The translations under genes were made by a program, and so were the position numbers. A stretch of 64,000 bases of DNA from Octopus vulgaris (lineage: Eukaryota). The first letter of the stretch is position 1; each line of letters opens with the position of its first letter. The notes under the pieces were generated by a model, which made no database searches, was not told where the DNA came from, and was given only the letters and a program-made list of their open reading frames with translations. Location of the stretch: the NCBI GenBank assembly GCA_951406725.2, contig OX597819.1:1178001-1242000 (forward strand), in the 5' to 3' direction. This document shows, piece after piece, positions 38,430 through 50,267 of this stretch.

Positions 38430-39678
38430 TCATGTCATCCCATAAGTTCTATCTGATTTTCCCTTTTTTTAAATTGAATGAAATTTAAATGTATTTTACA
38501 ATGTCAAATGGAATTTAAAAAATTATTTTTATGCATTTGTGTACATTTAAACTAATTAAATATTATTTTACAGAATAATAGAATTAAAATTTCTTTGATT
38601 AAAACCCTTTCTAACATGGAAGTATCCAAAGAGCTATGTGTATAAAAAAGGAAACTCTGCAGCCAAAGTGACTCAGAACATACACTCAGTTTATGGGAAA
38701 GAATGCTTGAATGGAAGAACTTGCAGAAGATGGTTTGCAAAATTCAGAAGTGGAGATTTCAGCCTTGAAGATGAAGATCAAACAGGATGTTCAGTTGAGT
38801 TTGATGATAAGCTCCTTGAGACATTACTTGACGAAAATCCTACTTTATCAGTTGAAGAATTAGTAATAAAGCTTAGTTCAAACCATACATTTTCATTGTC
38901 ATCTTCAACAACTTAAAAAATGGGTGCCTAATGAATTATCCAAAAGCAACTGCAAATCCCGAGTTGACATCTACTCTTCTCTCCATTCTTGTGAACTCAT
39001 TTCACCCTTTTTGGATAGACTTGTGACTGGTAACGAAAAATGGATCTTCTATCGAAATGTTAAATGTCGTAAACAGTGGCTTGGCAAAAGGAAAAAAGCT
39101 CAACCACAACTGAGAAGAGAACTTCATGAGGAAAAGGTTCTTCTCTCTATCTGGTGGGATTGCAGAGGAATAATTCACTTTGAATTGTTACCACCTAATG
39201 CAACAATCAATGTTCAAGTCTACTGTCAGCAATTAGAGCGTTTGAACCAAGCTTTGAAGAAAAAAAGACCCATTTTAGTGAATAAAAAGGAGTGATGTTT
39301 CATCAGGACAATGCGCGGCCCCACACTGCAAAGATCGCATCACAGAAAATCGAAGAATTTGGTTGGGAAAAAATTCTTCATCCACCTTATTGTCCCGACC
39401 TTGCTCCTTCAGACTACCATTTGTTTCGTAGTTTACAGAATCATTTGGGGGACATAACTTTCGCAAGCCTGTGGGAGGTTGAAACTGACATTTCAGAGTT
39501 CTTCGCTTTGAAACCAAAAGAGTTTTACATTGATGGGATTAAAAAGCTTGTAAATAGATGGAAGGAAGTCATAGATAATCAAGGAAAGTACATTGATGAT
39601 TAGATTTCAATTAAATATAATATTTGATCACTTGTTTTCTTCATCCAAAATTCAGACAGAACTTATGGGATGACCTGA
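38430..39678 (+). mobile_element. Near full-length mariner (about 1.25 kb) with TIRs; transposase pseudogene
   Basis: TIRs tcatgtcatcccataagttctatctg / cagacagaacttatgggatgacctga; HTH, WVP, VTGNEKW (catalytic D to N), QDNARPH, PDLAPSDYHLF spread over frameshifted ORFs. Confidence 0.93.
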
Positions 39679-40011
39679 TGGTTAAGATTTATTATTTACA
39701 AATGATAATTTTCTGATTTAATGTACCTTTGTTTTTATGTTATTTTTGATGTTTGACTGTTTTGGTTGATGAGGATGAGACAAAATTTCAAAATATTTTA
39801 GTTTGAAACAGTAACAAGTGGTCAAATCTTTTGTGTTTCAAGTTCTATATATATCACTTTAAAAAAAGCAGTATCTAAAAATCAAAATGTGTTAGGTTTG
39901 AGGCTAGGTTTTGGATATTTCATTTCTTCTATCACATTGCTCTCTCTCTCTCTCCTCTCCTTTAGTTAGTTCTCTCCATGCCATAAGGCCACAGCACAGA
40001 CTCTCCAACTA

Positions 40012-41100
40012 GCTGTTTTCTGGTAAGAAAGTAATTTTGTCTTTTTTTGTGTGAAATAAAAGTTTTTTTTTTCATACAAAGAATGAACTTTAATCAATTC
40101 TATATTTTCCATTTTGTTCGATGACCTTTTGCCGTCTTTCTGGCAACTTCATGATTCTGCACTCATAGAACTTCTGGTCCTTATCAGCCCAAAACTGAAG
40201 CACGTGTGATTTCAGGTCATCATCATTATTGAAATTTTTTTCATCACAACCCAACTAAGCACCAATAATTTTTCCCAAATTAGCAAAGATGTGAGTGGTC
40301 TTGCATTGTCATGGTGAAATTCGATTCCTTTACGATTTGCCAAATCCGGCTGTTTTCCTTTGATTGCTTCCTCCAGTTTCATTAGTTGTTGACAGTAAAC
40401 ATCTGAACTGATCGTTTGGTTGTTTGAAATCAGCTCAAAATACATAACACCTTTGTAATCTCACCGAATTAACCGCATGACCTTTGTTTGATGCAATTCA
40501 GCTTTCAATGTGCTTTGTGCTGGTTCATTACGCTTGGACCATGATTGTTTTCGATTAATGTTATTTATGTGAAATCCAAATATCGAGCTTCTTAACGAGA
40601 CAGTCTAAGAGATTTAGATGTTGCATGTGATACATTTAACCTCTCTGCAATCTCTCGCACAGTTATATGACAATCAGATTCAATTATGGCTTTGATTCGG
40701 TCATTATCAATTTCAGTAGGTCTACCAGCATGTTGGTAATTTTTGAAGGAAAAATCTCTAGAACGGAATTTTTAAAACCATTTCTGACATGTGTGTTCTG
40801 TTAAGCAATCAACACCATAAACTTCACATATCTCTTTGTGAGCCTCAGCCGCTTTCTTGCCTTTACGGAATTAAAAAAGTAAAATATGGCGAAAATATTT
40901 GTTTTTGCACTCCATGTTAAAATTGACACTGAACTAACAGCTGTAAACAAAATTACATGCAATTTGCTTCGAAAGAAAGCTAAAAGTAATGGCTATCAAA
41001 TGTCAAAAGGAAAAAAAAAATCACAACGTTGGCAAAAGTCATTAAAAAAAATCGTAACTCTATTTGCTAAAAACGAAATTACTTTCTAGCCAAACCAATA
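40012..41100 (-). mobile_element. Decayed mariner with TIRs
   Basis: agaaagtaatttt / aaattactttct TIR cores; minus-strand YFELI...VYCQQL...HHDNARP. Confidence 0.85.
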
Positions 41101-41275
41101 CATCCTTGAAAATGTAGCTCAGCAAAATTTCATAAAAAATTAAGCATTTTTCATAAAGTCATGAGGATGCAAAGTCAAAAGGGGCACAAAACTTTAAGCA
41201 TACTAAATTTTGTTTTCAACTCAGTGTATTTGGGTTTAAAATGTAGAACGTTTCCATGAAGTATTTTCCTTTCAA

Positions 41276-42381
41276 TCATCATCATCATCATCATCATCAT
41301 TTAACGTCCGCTTTCCACGCTAGCATGGGTTGGACGGTTCAACTGGGGTCTGGGGAGCCCGAAGGCTGCACCAGGCCAGTCAGATCTGGCAGTGTTTCTA
41401 CAGCTGGATGCCCTTCCTAACGCCAACCACTCCGAGAGTGTAGTGGGTGATTTTATGTGCCACCGACACAGGTGCCAGACGAGGCTGGCGAACGGCCACG
41501 CTCGGATGGTGTTTTTTATGTGCCACCAACACAGCACGCTCGGATGGTGTTTTTTATGTGCCACTGACACAGGTGCCAGACGAGGCTGGCAAACGGCCAC
41601 GCTCGGATGGTGTTTTTTATGTGCCACTGACACAGGTGCCAGGCGAGGCTGGCAGACGGCCACGCTCGGATGGTGTTTTTATGTGCCACCGACACAGGTG
41701 CCAGATGAGGCTGGCAAACGGCCACGCTCGGATGGTGTTTTTTATGTGCCACTGACACAGGTGCCAGGCGAGGCTGGCAGACGGCCACGCTCGGATGGTG
41801 TTTTTATGTGCCACCGACACAGGTGCCAGATGAGGCTGGCAAACGGCCACGCTCGGATGGTGTTTTTTATGTGCCACTGACACAGGTGCCAGGCGAAGCT
41901 GGCAGACGGCCACGCTCGGATGGTGTTTTTATGTGCCACCGACACAGGTGCCAGATGAGGCTGGCAAACGGCCACGATCGGATGGTGTTTATTACGTGCC
42001 CACAGCACGGAGGCCAGTCGATGCGGTACTGTCTACGGCCACGTTCGGATGGATTTCTTGTGTGCCACCGGCACTGGTACCACAAAGATACAAATTCCAT
42101 TGATGTTCATCTATTTTGATTTGTTTTGATTTTCACTTGTCTCAACAGGTCTTCACAAGTGTCACAAGAAGGAAGATAAGCACAGGTGGACTGACTACGT
42201 CCCAGGTAGGGGCCACGGGTTATGGCCTGACTAGTCTTGCCGGGTCTTAGGATGGTGTTTTTATGTGCCACCGACATAGGTGCCAGATGAGGCTGGCGAA
42301 CGGCCACGATCGGATGGTGTTTGTTACGTGCCCACAGCACGGAGGCCAGTCGGTGAGGTACTGGCTACGGCCATGTTCGGA
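41276..42381 (-). mobile_element. RTE 3'UTR copy with expanded internal minisatellite
   Basis: (CAT)n tail, then the inverse of the RTE 3'UTR seen at 23470-23947. Confidence 0.88.
41457..41995. repeat. 62/63-bp tandem array with 125-bp higher-order dimer
   Basis: Units start at 41457, 41520 (short), 41558, 41621, 41683, 41746, 41808, 41871, 41933; A and B variants alternate from 41621. Confidence 0.95.
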
Positions 42382-42679
42382 ATGTATTATAGATATTCAT
42401 AACTAGCGTCCTCTATTCCTGAATATTCCTATTCTGGCTAAGTGAACAGGATATACTTCAAGGAGGCCTAAGACAAAAACATGTCTGTTCACTCAAATTT
42501 CTATTGCCTATGTCAGTGATTCCTAACCATTTTGCGGGAAACCATGCACTTGTTACAGTTAACTTCTGGGTTTAATTTATTGGTGCATGAACAAAACTGT
42601 GACTCTGGGGAAGAAGTACAGACGGAAGTGGTAATTTTTCACAATAAAACACGATGTAGACTGCGATATTTTCTTATTC

Positions 42680-42920
42680 TCTTATATGTTTCAGTCCAGT
42701 GTAGCCATGCTGGAGCACTGCCATTGTAATCATCTTTCCACTTTCCACCTTCTGGTGAAGGATGGAGTTCGATGATACTGCCCTCTTTTGAGTTTCTTGC
42801 TTTGATATTGGCTCATCCGGGATCTCGGCGAGCCAGAGGTCAAGTTCACATTTGAAAACGTCTACATTCACTCGATGGAGGCTCCTCAGATGCTTCGGCA
42901 GACAGTTAAAACCAAGCTAT
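42680..42920 (-). mobile_element. CR1/L2-type LINE 3' fragment
   Basis: Minus-strand FNCLPKHLRSLHRVNVDVFKCELDLWLAEIPDEP; homologous to 63430-63750. Confidence 0.75.
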
Positions 42921-43005
42921 TGCAGTACATCGTCCTTGCTCGGCAAGGGCTGGTATAGCTCTTTATTACAGTATACTCTATACTGGTACCAGTATATTAA
43001 TTGTT

Positions 43006-43321
43006 GACTGCGGCCATGCTGGAGCATCGCCTTTAGTCGAGGAAATCGACCCCCAGGACTAGTACTTATTCTATCGGTCTCTTTTGCCGAACCGCTAAGT
43101 TGTGGGGACGTAAACACACCAGCATCGGTTGTCAAGCGATGTTGGGGGGACAAACACATATATATATATATATACATATATACGACGGGCTTCTTTAAGT
43201 TTCCGTCTACCAAATCCACTCACAAGGCTTTGGTCGTCCCAAGGTGCCAAGCAGTGGGACTGAACCCGGAATCATGTGGCTGGTAAGCAAGCTACTTGCC
43301 ACACAGCCACTCCTGCGCCTA
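43006..43321 (-). mobile_element. SINE family 1, CpG-rich (young) copy just upstream of TM2D2
   Basis: tRNA-like head ggcgcaggagtggctgtgtggcaag...ggttcagtccc, (TA) spacer, tail ...cagcatggccgcagtcaa. Confidence 0.88.
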
Positions 43322-43665
43322 TAGTTAAATAAAATAGAAAATAAAATCTTAAAAAGTTCTCGTCCTGGTCTGAGTTGTCGCAAGATTTCGAGTTGTCTCC
43401 CATATTTAATTCCTTTATTTTGGGAGGAAGTTGTTCTCGCTGCAGTTTTGTTATGGAACCGACTGCAATGGACATGTGAGACAATTAATATCTATTTAGT
43501 AGGTAGAAAACTTCCCTGGGGGTCATTTCTCTGCGGCAATATTGTTGATTTATAAGCCATTTGTAACGATGGCTCTAAGTCCAGTGCGAGAAAGCAGCAA
43601 ACACGGGTAAACGTTGAAAGGAATTAAGTATTTGGGTAAATATAAGTTGAGTCCCCTTCATTCTC

Positions 43666-43805
43666 ATGGCTGGGCATTATTGGATTGTTTTCCTACCGAT
43701 ACTTTCGGTTTTCGTCGATGCTTTTAACATTGACAAAGAAAAATGTATGAATGAATCTTGTGGAGCGTATAAACCATACAGTCCATTAATTCTTTGTTCC
43801 TATCT
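43666..43805 (+). CDS. TM2D2: TM2 domain-containing protein 2, coding exon 1 (signal peptide)
   Basis: Not in the ORF track. MAGHYWIVFLPILSVFVDAFNIDKEKCMNESCGAYKPYSPLILCSY(L), GTGAGT donor; P.SP.ILCSYL is the conserved TM2D2 motif. Confidence 0.9.
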
Positions 43806-45950
43806 GTGAGTATAAACACTTCCTTGAAGGAAAATGTGCATTTTTTTCCCTCTTAATTTCGTTTTCATTTAAATCTTTTATTTAATCAGTTTCTGTACTC
43901 CAGTAATTCCGTTCCGGTTTAATAAAACATAATAAATATTAAGATTTCGAAATGTATAATGCTCGGTTAAGGGTCACCACAAGCTTCTGTGGTTTCTTGT
44001 ATTTCTGTAAATCGGTCGCGACCCCAACTCACCGAAGCCGAGGGAAATTATATTCAATAATGATTAGACAATTAAAAAGAAAACTGTATATATTCGGATG
44101 TGTGGTAATATAAACAATGCTGGCTGGTGACGATTCGTTTTTAAAGATCATTGTGAAGAATTCAGGCGAAAGCAAAACATTAAAACCGACCTCAAATGAA
44201 ACAAACAATCCATTATCCTACATTTCATCTACAAAACAACTTGGTTAATCTGAACGAATCGAATAACTGTTTACCAATTGGTTATGGTTATTTCGCGGGT
44301 CTCATACTCTTTAATAAAAAAAAAAAAATCATCGAAAAAATAAATTCGTTCATAAAACACATCTACAGGGAAATGACAACTTAAACATGACCACCAGGTC
44401 GAAAGCTGAAATTGAAAACTGTCGACCAAGAGTGGACTTGGAATACCTATTTCTTTATTACCCACAAGGGGCTTGATCATTTCCTATGAAGGTTGTCGCA
44501 CCTACCATAAGTCAGCTAGTGTTGATTGTTTTAGCCATATTCACAAATGCTTTTTGATACCTTTTTTGGCGACACTTTTCCTTTTATGGAGATACATTAG
44601 GTTGTGATTTTGAACAAGGAAAATCTAAGAGCTATGGTTCAAAACCCAGCAGGGACCTCGCTACAATAGTCCTCTTGCAGTGATTTTGTTATGCCACAAA
44701 CGAAATGAAAATAGGCAATAAAAATTTTTTTTAGCAATTAAAACGAGCAATTACATTACAGAAAGCTTAAGTGCATAAAAGTTGACAATATCCACAAAAT
44801 TCCACAAAGTAGTCCAATATACTTAGAGAATGTTGGACCACAAAAATTAGAATTTTACATACTAGTAATGTCTTTCTTTAGGAACAATATCTTTGTGTGC
44901 TGAGAATGTCTCTATGTATAGATGAATTTGATGTTGTGTGTGGAAATATTGTTGGCTGTATTTGCATTAGTGGAAGCTTTTTAAATTCAGTCAATAGGGT
45001 GAGACAAACTGAAGAGCAGGAAAAAGCTGAGTGTCTGTGTTAAGCAGGCACAAAAGGTCATTGATGAATAGTAGAAATATGTCACCAAATATGCTTTGTG
45101 GAAGCAGGCATAGAAACAAGATGGAATTCTAAAGTACTAACACAGATTTCCATGGTTGTAATAGTTCTTCACCCAAATCTTTCTCTATAGGAGTATTAGG
45201 ATAAGGCATCGTCGTTGTCGTCATCATTTCTATGCTGGCATGGGTTGAACTGAGGACTGGCAAGCCAGAAGGCTGCACCAGGCTCTGATCTGATCTGGCA
45301 AAGTTTCTACAGCAGGATGCCCTTCCTAACGCCAACCACTCCGAGAGTGTAGTGGGTGCTTTTTACGGTCCATCAGCATGAGGGCCAGTCTCATGGTACT
45401 GGCAATCACCATGCTCAAATGGTGTTTTTAACGAGCCACCGGCATGGAAGCCAGTCAGGCAGACCTGGCAAAGACCACGCTCAAATGGGGATTTTTATGT
45501 GCCACAGGCATGGGTACCAGTCAGGTGGAGCAATAATTTGAACCCTTAATATAATGAATGTACACAGTAGACTATCCTACAAAATCACGGCACCTAATTT
45601 CCTTTGCAGAATGGTTATCTTATGAAGAACATAAGTTAATGTCTAATGTGATACTAGTCAGTTTCAAATGCTTCAAGGACAAAAAAACAAAAAACCCTAA
45701 AGATTGCTAGGAATGCTGAGTAAATTGTAAAATCCCACCAATTTATTTGTCAGAAGAATCCCCCAATGGAGAAAGGGGATGCATCTGATATCAGTAAGTT
45801 AAGAAAGTAGCCTTGAATAATTTTAACATGCTAAAAATAGCAGCCAATGTATCCCCATACCCAGTTTTTTATAAGGTAAAGCCCTAAATTATTAATTGAC
45901 ACATTATTAATTATCTTATAACAGCAATGCCTGGAAAAATCATGGATTAA

Positions 45951-46460
45951 ATGGAAAAATGTGAGCATGAAAAGTAATATTCTTAAGATTATAAACCTAG
46001 AAAAGTACAGGACAAGTTCTTACACCTGTAAAAGTATAGGACAAACTATTACTTCAAGTAAAGTAAAGAATAAGAAACATTTTGCTTAAAACATTGCAGC
46101 TAAAATTAAAATTTGAATATTAAAACTTATTTTATTATAGTTTACAAATAACACTATACTTATTTAAGCAGAATTTGGCTAATTTACTGCCTTAAATACA
46201 GAAATAAGTGACTAATTAGACAAACTTACAAATTAGCTGAACAGTTTGTACAATAAATTTAAAAGCTGAGAACTGTAAAGTGTGATAAATTAGAAGAACT
46301 GGCATTCTTTGTTGCAATATTTTAAGTAAAAAGTTTCTTATTCTTTACTTTACAAGAAGTCATAGTTTGTCCTATACTTTTACAGGTGTAATAACTTGTC
46401 CTGGACTTTTCCAGGTTTATAATCTTAAGAATATTACTTTCCATGCTCACATTGTTCCAT
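45951..46460. mobile_element. Foldback/MITE-like element with long imperfect inverted arms (about 150 bp)
   Basis: atggaaaaatgtgagcatgaaaagtaatattcttaagattataaacct...ttgca (45951-46099) is the inverse of 46312-46460. Confidence 0.85.
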
Positions 46461-47105
46461 GTAATAATTAATGTGCATTACTTGACACTACAAGGTTGGC
46501 GTCATTTATTGAGTAAAATGTAAGAAAAGAAAAGTGAAAGTAGAAGAGAGCCAACTTGTTAAGACAAGTGGTGTTGATTCCTCTACACCTCTGAGTGGCT
46601 CTCAGGCTTGAGGTTGACTTTGTCAGTTTTTATAGTCGCAAACTGCCTTTCTAGAATTTTTAGCAAAACTGTTTAGTGGGAAAACTCATAGACTTTATAT
46701 GAGGGTTGCTGCATCTACCACAATATGTCAGCCAGTGCTGATTGGTCAAGTCATATTCACCCACGTTTTAATCTCTATGGTGACATTTTGCCTTTTTATA
46801 ATAATGCATTTGGCTGTGGTTCTGAACTGGGAAAATTTAAGAGCTAATGGTTTAAAACTCAGCAGAGTTCTTGCTGTACACTTATGCAACCTGCTGGGTG
46901 CAGTGGTCTACATTAACCTTGTAGCCTGAGTAATAAAAGCACCATTAATTTGTATAGGCATACATATCTACAGTCATATATATATATATTATAAATATAT
47001 AATGCAATATTAGCATCAAGCCGTGTAGAGAAAATATTTCTCTTATTCTTTTATTCTTAAAGGTGTGAAAACATCTTGTTTGTTCAGTGTCGCCATCTAT
47101 CAGGA

Positions 47106-47152
47106 ATCCCAAACATTGATGTTTTGAGCTTCTTGGCTCTTGTCAATGGGAT
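47106..47152 (-). ncRNA. Hammerhead ribozyme copy, likely inactive (G12A)
   Basis: Minus strand AUCCCA-UUGACAA-GAGC-CAAGAA-GCUC-AAAAC-AUCAAU-GUU-UGGGAU. Confidence 0.5.
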
Positions 47153-47210
47153 GTACCTAAGACGGGCAACTCTGAACAAACTTATAAAGCAATAGCTTTA
47201 TATAAGGTAC

Positions 47211-47257
47211 ATCCTATTGACAAGAGCCAAGAAGCTTGAAACATCGATGTCTGGGAT
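47211..47257 (+). ncRNA. Minimal type I hammerhead ribozyme (U3-A8 variant), predicted cut after C47251
   Basis: AUCCUA-UUGACAA-GAGC-CAAGAA-GCUU-GAAAC-AUCGAU-GUC-UGGGAU: stems I, II and III all pair, with GAAA and the GUC triplet intact. Confidence 0.7.
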
Positions 47258-47534
47258 TCCTGATGGATGGCGTCACTGAACAATCAGGGTATTTACATGC
47301 CTTTTTCCTGTAAGAGAAATATTTTCTCTATGGTAACTGCAGTGAATTTGCCTTTTAGCAGTTGAAATATGTCACAAATGTATTTTAACTAACCTAAATT
47401 TTGCTTATACCTAAACACTGCTTGGTGCTGACATTTCATTATTTTCTACAATCAGGCAATTTACCAGTCAACGTTGATTGTATTTTACATAAAGCTATTT
47501 CTTTATAAGTTTATAAGTTGCCTCCCTTAGGTAC

Positions 47535-47581
47535 ATCCCACTGACAAGAGCCAAGAAGCTCGAAACATTGATGTCTGAAAT
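47535..47581 (+). ncRNA. Hammerhead ribozyme copy, degenerate (C3-A8 mismatch, weakened stem I)
   Basis: AUCCCA-CUGACAA-GAGC-CAAGAA-GCUC-GAAAC-AUUGAU-GUC-UGAAAU. Confidence 0.55.
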
Positions 47582-47715
47582 TCCTGATGGATGGCAACAC
47601 TGAACAAAGTGTTTTCACACCTTTTTACGATAAGAGAAATATTTTCTCTACAGTAACTACAGTGAATTTGCCTTTTAACAGTTGAAATATGTCACAAACA
47701 TATTTTAACTTATGT

Positions 47716-48750
47716 CATCATCATTATCATCTTTTAGTGTCCATTGTCCATACTGACATGGGTTGGATGGCTTCATCAGGGCTGGCAAGCTGGAAGGCTG
47801 CACCAGACCCCAGTCTGACTTGGTTTGGTTTCCTTGACGGGATACCCTTTCTAACACCAACCACTCTGAGAGTTTAATGGGTACTGTTGTCACCGCCACA
47901 GGTGCCATTTATGTGACACCAGTATCTGTCAGGACTGCGATTTTACTTGACTTGATGGGTCTTCTCAAGCAAGACATAATGCCAAAGGTCTTGGTCATTG
48001 CCTCCATGAGGCCCAACACTTGAAAGGAGCTTTTCACATGCCACTAGCATCGGTCACTTGAGGCTCATCGCTTGAAAGCTGCTTTTAACATGTCACTGGC
48101 ATGGGTGCCCATTGCATGATACCAGCATCAGCCATGACTATGATTTCACTTGGCTTGAAGGGTCTTCTCTAGCACATCATATTGCCAAAGGTGTTGGTCA
48201 CTAGTCATTGCTTTTGTGAGGCCCAAAGTTCAAAGATCATGCTCACCATCTCAACCCATGTCTTCCTGAGTCTACCTTTACCACAGTTAGAGATCAGCAC
48301 TTTACACAGCTGTCCTCATCAATATGCATCACATGACTATACCAGCACAGTTGTCTCTTTTTCACACCACATCTGATGCCTCTTATGCCCAACTTTTCTT
48401 TCAAGATGCTCACACTCTGTCAAATATGCACACTGACATTGCACATCCAGTGAAGCATACTGGCTTCATTTCTTTCAAGCCTACGCATGTCCTCGGCTGT
48501 CACAGCTCATGTTTCATCGCCCTGTAGCATAACTGTTTGCACACAGGCATCATGCAATCTGCTTTCCACTCTGAGGGAGAGGCCCTTTGTTGCCAGCAGA
48601 GGTAGGAGCTCTCTAAACTTTGCCTACTCTTATTCTCACAGCTGTGCTCTTGGAGCATCCACTTCCTCTACTAATTTGGTTACCTAGATAACGGAAATTA
48701 TCTACTACCTCTAGCTTATCCCACTGGCAGTTGATGGAGTCTATTTTCCT
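47716..48750 (-). mobile_element. Old RTE LINE 3' portion
   Basis: (CAT)-type tail, 3'UTR and degenerate C-terminal ORF sequence matching the inverse of 22850-23450. Confidence 0.8.
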
Positions 48751-50179
48751 AAATATATATGTCATCATCTTCATCCTTTAACGTCCATTTTCCATGCTGG
48801 CATAGGTTGGCAGTTTGACCAGAGCTGGCAAGTAGGTGAACTGCACCAGGTTCCAGTATGATTTGGTTTGGCTCCTGCGGCTGGATGCCCTTCATAACAC
48901 CAACCAATTTACAGTGTATGCTGGGTACTTTTAATGCACACGAAGAAGGAAGATATGGAAACAAACCTTTCAGTTGGGAATAGATTTTTAGAGAAATTCT
49001 AATTGACTCATATTAGTGTAGGGAGAAATATTTGGGGACCTGTAGCGTAGGTGACAACTGAGAACTTCTATGACAGAACCTGCTTAGGGCTACAGATCAG
49101 ACATGTTCCTGGAGCAGAGTCCCTACTAAGCTGAAAATGACATGATAGTGGAATGATACAGTTAATAGAGCAGTAATGGCTAAAAGACAGGCCTGGAAAA
49201 GGTGAAAGGGAGGTGGTTGTAGGGAGTATTGCCAAAAGGCTAGAAGGGCAGCTATGCAACTGATATACTTGACTAAATGTGAGGCAGAAATGAAGAGGTT
49301 TGCATGTTCCTTGCTGCCTAAGGACCAAATGCCTGAAGTGACAAAAGTGTAAGATAATGTATGAGAGAGAACTGAAGTATCATTGGTGAGAAGTGATTCG
49401 GGATGATTAAGGCATACTTGCTATTGGTATGGAAGACAAGAAAGTTGTGTGAAAGTGCTATGATGAAACAGTTTTAGGTAGCACTGTGTATATATATCAT
49501 AATCCTCCTCCTCCTCCTCCTTATCATCATCATTATTTAATGTCCATTTTCCATGCTGGCAAGGTTGGATGGTTTGACAGGAGCTGACCATCTGAAGGGC
49601 TGCTCAGGCTCCCGCTCTATGTTGGCGTGGTTTCTATAGATGAATGTCCTTCCTAACACTAACCACTCTACAGAGTGTACAGGGTGCATTTATGCTGCAC
49701 CAGCAAGTGGTTTTTACATGGCATCTGCACTTATGAGCCCATGAGATTAGGGATGTTCAGCAGCAGAGGGTTGCAGGGGATACAAGGACAACCACACTTT
49801 TATTTAGCTTGGCCCTTTGCCCGATTTCCTTCCTTTTCAAGACACTCCCACCACCCACACCTTTCCAAACTGCAGCTTTTCCTTGATACACATTTATTTT
49901 CAATCTATTTTTTTTTCGCTGTAGCTTATGATAACAGTCTCAGGTTTCTCTATTTTTTCTCAGCTGACACACTTGCTTTCTTGTCATTCAAAATATGTAA
50001 TTTTATTTGAGTTTGTTCTTACAAGTAGCGAGTGTAAAAATAAAAAACATTCATAATTATCTCTTTTTTTTTTTTTTAATATTACATTGTTGTTTATCAT
50101 AATTTAGCCTAGCATGGATTTCTAATTGTTTTAATTGTTATAATTGTCATTTCAAAATATATATTTCATTTGCTTGTAG

Positions 50180-50267
50180 ACCAATGGAATTTCTGAATTG
50201 TAGTCCACCTCAAGATCTTGAAGAAAATGAAACTGCTCGTGAAATGTTGGGTTATGGTTGTACGAAA
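50180..50267 (+). CDS. TM2D2: TM2D2 coding exon 2
   Basis: ttgtag/GTAAGA; (L)PMEFLNCSPPQDLEENETAREMLGYGCTK; phase-compatible with exon 1. Confidence 0.92.

Larger units (their letters stand above)
47026..47710 (+). mobile_element. Penelope pLTR/retrozyme-like repeat: one inverted plus two tandem copies, each with a hammerhead fold
   Basis: 47026-47203 is the inverse of both 47205-47331 and 47487-47652; 47205-47390 is directly repeated at 47529-47710. Confidence 0.8.

Noticed and set aside
41457-41995. CRISPR-like array, or hammerheads within the units (cagatgagg...aaac)
   Set aside because: No unique spacers, no cas genes, eukaryotic context; the units lack a CUGANGA/GAAA core with pairing stems
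43245-43321. tRNA gene
   Set aside because: A/B boxes only; no full cloverleaf, and it continues into the SINE body, as do the other copies
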